Below, piece after piece: positions 58,803 to 64,000 of a DNA stretch of 64,000 nucleotides. Made by a program: the position numbers and the translations under genes. Position 1 is the stretch's first letter. Every line of letters begins with the position of its first letter. Location of the stretch: assembly GCA_950097015.1 (NCBI GenBank), contig CATNEN010000039.1, positions 16,492,001 to 16,556,000 on the forward strand, written 5' to 3'. The notes below the pieces were generated by a model that was not told where the DNA came from, made no database searches, and saw only the letters and a list, made by a program, of their open reading frames with translations. The stretch comes from Macrostomum hystrix (lineage: Eukaryota > Animalia > Platyhelminthes).

Positions 58803-59754
58803 ACTTCCATAATAAATAGGCAACCATAGGCCTATTTATTGCCTTGCCTACCTAGTACTACTAAGGATTAAGGAACAATTAGGCCTAACTTGTCCCATTG
58901 AGTTTTAAGTCAACTTAGGCCTAACTTCTGGTGTTCCTAATTTGTCTTTGCATATTGCTACTAAAATACTAAGCAATTAAGGTTTTTAAGCACTAGGGCC
59001 TATATAGGCCTATTAGAATTGTATAGGGCAAATATAAGGCTCAATGCCAATGAGGTACATAGGAAAGGATAGGACAAGTAGAATGCCAAAAGTAAAAAGT
59101 AATTAATTTATTTGGCCATTTGCAAATAACCACTTCAATCAACTTGCAGTAAACTTCAGAGATTGTTTAAGCATGCAAAAGTATGTAAAACGAGACCTTT
59201 GTTTAAAGAAAAAAATGGTAGGGCCTAAGGTCAGTTTAGCCTTTGTGACTGTAACTGCAACTATAGGCCTAGGCCTACTTCTTTGGCACAACTCTGCAAC
59301 ATAGGCTAGCACCTAGAAGTTCCATCTCGAAAGCCAAATAAGTCCTAGTTAGTTCTGAAAATTTCAGCAGTAACTTTTCATTTTAGGTCTAGGATATAGT
59401 TAGGCCCCTACCTTAAATTTATTTTTTTTTTACTTTTAAAATCATCAACATTATTGACACTTTTAGACTTTTAGTATTAGCCTCAGAGAGTTAAATACGC
59501 AAACAGTTCCTGTTTGGATTTCGTAAGTTGTAAAACTAGAAATAAGATGCAGGATAGGTCCTTTAAAAACATGATATTTTGTAGCCAGCCACTGTAAAGG
59601 CAGACACAAGACTTCTAAGTCTTTAGAGTCAAGTGACACCGAGTTTTAATCCCAGAGGTTCTTACCGGTGTTACAAGTGTAACAAAATGTGATCGCCGTT
59701 TTCCATCAGATTGCTAAATATTTTTAACTTTAAAAAGCTAGAAATCTATCTTAA

Positions 59755-60082
59755 CAAGGTTTTCCTCTCCCACCAAGGTGCCAGAATTCGATTCCACAGC
59801 GAGGCCACATTTATTTAGCGGCGGAGAGAAGCCTTGGGGGCTTGTCGTACAATTTACCCCTAATGGCCAACTTCCATGGCACAGTGAGAGTGTATACTGC
59901 CTGACGATGAGAAATCCAGGGAAGATGTACACACCTTTATGAGCGCATGCATGCGTATAGTATCTGTGTGCGTTTGTGCTCAGGAGTCAGCGGAATGGGC
60001 AGAATCGCCTCCTCGCTGGGTGCTGGCCTAGTGTCACTAATGTGCCATTGCCAGCAGCCCTCCTGCAATTATTATTATTAAT
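59755..60082 (+). mobile_element. SINE family 2 copy, head truncated, (TTA)n tail
   Basis: Colinear similarity with 21771-22075. Confidence 0.78.
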
Positions 60083-62200
60083 CCATCAAAAACGTATTAG
60101 CACATTTGCTTCTCCTTTTCCTCGATATACATTTTGCAGTCGTGCACTTACCTTCAAATGATAGTCTGAGCAAGGGCCACTAGAAGACCTTATAATCTGC
60201 TCAATCTACAAATTTTTCTTTTACTTTGAAATATACTTTTTGATTGCAAGGATATTGACTGCGATATTTAGGATTTAATCCCTGGATATAGTATTATTGC
60301 ACACGCAGAATTTTTTACTTTAGAATTTTCAGGGGTACACAATACAAAGCAGCAACTTTGATGACTGTCTTAAACACACCCAAGACTGAGACATCCGACA
60401 ATGGGGTTTTAGATGGGGTATTAATCAGACCAAGAGTAATAATTATAGAACTCCATGCCAACAAGAACGAAGCCTTGTTTTAGAGCCATCTGAACTGCAA
60501 ACGAGCCCGTAAGTTACAGTATAAAAAAGAATTAAGTCAGCAATAGCTCAGTCGATTCAACTAACCAACTTTTCACTCAGCGTTGGCCAACGAATGCAAA
60601 AAATGAATGCTGGAGATATACTTGTAGAATTGCTTTTCTTTTTATTTTCACCTTACATATATTAACTTTACCTAAGGTCAAAACAGTATCTGATTCCCCT
60701 AAAGAGGAGTTTACTCCTATGTTATAACAAATTGTGTGCATTTTTTACTTTATTCAGACATTGCTGGACAACAATTTTATCGGCAGCCAATTAGGCAGTA
60801 TGTAGACTTCTTTGCTTAGCATTACTTACCAAAATTGTAAAACAAAAAGGCAAAACAGAATGGGATCTAACTATATGATACGAAGTTCACACGAAACAAG
60901 CTGCCAAAAGATAAGCTACTACACCGATCATGAGGGGGTTTGGATGTAACAAAGTTTTAAATAAGTACAGTTGTGATTGCTAAGCAACATTAATATTGTA
61001 CGATTTCAATTGAAAACCCTAAATATGAAGTATTAGGTTCCCATTTTTTGTAAACCGGTCATCATTTTCACAACGAAAGCAAAGTAGAGACAATATTATA
61101 GCGGGAAAAAACTGAGAAAAGAGAATGGCTTTGATTGGTTGGTTAAAAAAAACAGCTGGAGCAGCAAACACAATAAAAAAACAATCACAACAGACACTAC
61201 GGTGAAAATAATAGAAATGGAAACAGTTGAAAAATTGTTAGAAAAGCATAGGGACACACACTAAACAGAAGCAGAAAAAAACACAAAAAGCAAATTATTA
61301 ACCTTTGCCAAAAATTATGGGCGACATTAAACTGCACCTATTGCCATTTCAGTGACGTTAATCATTAAATAAATAGGAGAGTAGAACAAACCGGCCTACA
61401 AAAAACTTTAGAATGATAATAGAGAGCTGCATTTAAATAATTGCCACATTGTACATTGTTTTTTTGAGTAGTATCATTCGTATTTTTGCTTTATTTTTTT
61501 TCTGATCTCTTTCGCTTTGTACACATACACAACTAGACTTAAAGTAAAAAGGTATGTAAAGTTGCGCCTAGATAGATAAACAATAAGATAGAATTAATAA
61601 GATAATAATACAACGATGGAAAACATGCAAGCTATTGGTAAAGCGCACACGATGCCAGAACTGTACAAATAATAAACGCAAACAAGAACACACTTATCAG
61701 GTAAAGCTAAGGAAAAAACATTTTATTTTTTAAACGAATTTTTTAATATCTAATTTTACTTTGCTACGGCAGAATAAACTAAAAATCTTTAAATGTGAGA
61801 CTACTTTGAATTTAGAGCCTACTTAGTGCCATAGAATATTTGATGCACAACACTTATTAAACAACACCCTACTGCGAAAGTAAGATACCGCGAACAATAG
61901 GACTAAAATTAGAAAAGCCAAGAGTGATAAAAATGCGCTAATTAGGTTGTAATCTTTCATTTTTAGCAAACACAGGCCTACCAATAACCAATTTTCTTAA
62001 ATTTGACAAGAAAAAAATGACACTCGAATCAAGTAGAAATTAACAAATGAGACTTAGCAAAGGGAGGCAGGAAATGATAATTAAAAATAGTAAAAAAACA
62101 CAAAACACACATTAACACTCGCGCCATCTACTATTTACTCCGAACGTAAAATAGACAAGAGTCACTAATTGTCAATAAAAGTAAGACAGGCTGTTTGATT

Positions 62201-62866
62201 TTAGCAAGCATCGCTAGCTGGCAGAGCTTGAATTGGTGTTTCTACTTTCTTCTCAACTAGGGCAGCGGCCAGCTCAGCGGCGTGATTGTCGCCGTTAGAA
62301 TTGGCGCTGTCTCCGTTCAGCCTGCTGGATTTCTCCTCGGCTGAGTCGGCTGGCGGCTGAGCAGCGGGACGATCGGTGGAGTCCTTGCCGGCGTCGCCAT
62401 TCGACTCTGACTTCTCGTCGCTGCTAGCAGGTTTAGCTTCCGTCTCTGGCTTATCACCATCGGCCTTCTTTTCTTCAACTACTGGCACCGGTTTCTCTTG
62501 TTTGTCCGTGTCTTCTTTCTTAGCCTCCTCTGCCGTCCCCTCCTCCTCCTTCTTCTGTTCCTTAACAGATTCCTCTTTGTCCTCAGTCTTCTCGGCGCAA
62601 TCTTCCTCTGCAGAAGCATTGGCCTTCTGTACAGCAGATTCAATCTCCATTTTCTCTTCAGCCTCCGGTTGAGCGGTTTCTGATTCCGGTTCCTTCTTGG
62701 CGGCGGCTTTCTTTGTTGGCGAGGCGCGCGACTTCTTTGGCGACGGCTCAGCTGAAACTGGGGCAGATGTCGTTGCGGGCGGCGCCTCGTCCTCTTTGGC
62801 GGCTAGACGCGACGAACGACGACGTGGCTCGGCAGCCTCGCCAACTGAGCGCTTTCCACGGGGCAT
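62201..62866 (-). CDS. 221-aa intrinsically disordered protein with an HMGN-like nucleosome-binding motif and a long acidic tail
   Basis: MPRGKRSVGEAAEPRRRSSRLAAK...PKK...KKAAAKK followed by an E/D/K-rich region. Strong acceptor (T-rich..AAG) 15 nt upstream of the ATG. GC-rich coding island. Confidence 0.8.
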   Translation of the reverse strand: MPRGKRSVGEAAEPRRRSSRLAAKEDEAPPATTSAPVSAEPSPKKSRASPTKKAAAKKEPESETAQPEAEEKMEIESAVQKANASAEEDCAEKTEDKEESVKEQKKEEEGTAEEAKKEDTDKQEKPVPVVEEKKADGDKPETEAKPASSDEKSESNGDAGKDSTDRPAAQPPADSAEEKSSRLNGDSANSNGDNHAAELAAALVEKKVETPIQALPASDAC

Positions 62867-64000
62867 TGTTTTGTAGATTATCTTAAAAAACGGAAAAAAA
62901 GGTGCAGTGATATTTATCTGATTTGGCTGTCTGTATGTCAGGTTGTGTCAATAGAAGTTTCCAGACCTAACAGAGCTGTTGAATATCGTGACAATTAGTC
63001 TGCAAAAAAATTAAGTTGTTGTACAGAAAATCGTTGATTATATTTAATATCTCTTTAAGGCTTTTAAATTGTGTTAATAACTAGATAATATATAATATAA
63101 TAACTAAATAACTAAACATTCTATATATGTATATAAACATTCTAAACATTCTACATTCATTCTAAATATTTGATAGTCACAAAATATGTATAACACAAAA
63201 ATATTTTACCAGCTACATTGTACAAGCCATGGCACATCTTCAATTTCAATATTGAATATACGCTTCAAGATACTGAATAGTTTGGTAAGAAACTTACATT
63301 ATTTACATTTCAACATTGTATTATTAACACCCTCAACAATATATTTAATCTAATAAGTCATTTAAAATAATTCAAAATCTAGCTTTAACACAAATACACT
63401 TTTTTTGAAATAGCACAAGGTGCATCAACAACAAATCCAGATAGGTTTTGTATCAGAACACATGCTACACTTTCCTGACTATGGACCATATTTGAAATGG
63501 TGGCCTGTATGCTGGAATATTCTGGAGTGCCGAAGCATCCACACAGCAATTTGGCATATATATTTTAGGCATATGAAAAGGAAAGAAAGACTCATTGGTG
63601 TGTCACAGCAAACATTTTAAGCCTTTAAAAAGGAAAAAATATACTGTGTGCAGCTTGCAAAATAAATGACAATTTATACATGAATGTATGTAGGCCTAAT
63701 CATTGGACATATAGATATAGCATGCATGTCATTCTATATCATGTCAAACTAAACTATAGACAAAAATACATTTGTTTAAGGTTTAATTATAATTTATTTG
63801 AATTTAAATTTCTCAATATTTTATTTACATTATTTGATGCAAACCCATTGATTTGTCACATTTTTGAGGTTTTATATTTGGTTGTTTAACATGCAATTTT
63901 AAATGCTGCAAAAGTCATGTACATGTATTAGTGGTTAGGCCTATTGCTTAGAAACTAAGCACAAAACATAGGGGCCTAAATGTTTTCCTGAATAAACACT

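Noticed and set aside
59895-59930. CTGACGA...GAAA hammerhead-like core in SINE family 2 (also CTGATGA in the 40.1-40.7 kb repeat)
   Set aside because: No stem II/III or NUH cleavage-site geometry. The SINE segment folds as a simple hairpin, and the repeat lacks GAAA.
60004-60030. GCCTCCTCGCTGG resembling the HDV ribozyme P3/L3 region
   Set aside because: No P3 or P1 pairing partners, and the motif is not kept in other copies of the same SINE.

Overview
Eukaryotic (animal) genomic DNA, not prokaryotic. It has GT-AG introns, GC-rich exons with poly-Q/A/G tracts, and many introns filled with minisatellites; this style suggests a free-living flatworm such as Macrostomum (inference only). Plus-strand genes: FDXR (5'-partial), an atypical Rab43/Rab19-like GTPase, UGDH, Sec20/BNIP1 and FKBP2, the last four forming a tight, possibly polycistronic ER/Golgi cluster. 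Minus-strand genes: a GT32/DXD glycosyltransferase, a divergent TRP-like channel, a small secreted peptide precursor, a poly-Q coiled-coil protein, an 8-exon Nup133 and a small disordered protein with an HMGN-like nucleosome-binding motif. The inferred ~9 kb intron of the TRP-like gene holds two antisense Ariadne-like RBR E3 ligase paralogs (one intact, one pseudogene with an apparent gene-conversion patch). Also present: a DEG/ENaC pseudogene fragment, a Merlin (ISXO2-like) transposase relic, two tRNA-derived SINE families, a hAT-Charlie-like MITE carrying a minisatellite, a foldback element and about 20 tandem-repeat arrays. Best leads: the invertebrate HMGN-like protein, a ~19-copy tandem array of a splice donor, the Rab with Q>H and N>C changes in its G motifs, the candidate operon, and CpG-poor blocks enriched in TAGGCCTA upstream of first coding exons. 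All exon boundaries and copy counts were read by eye.
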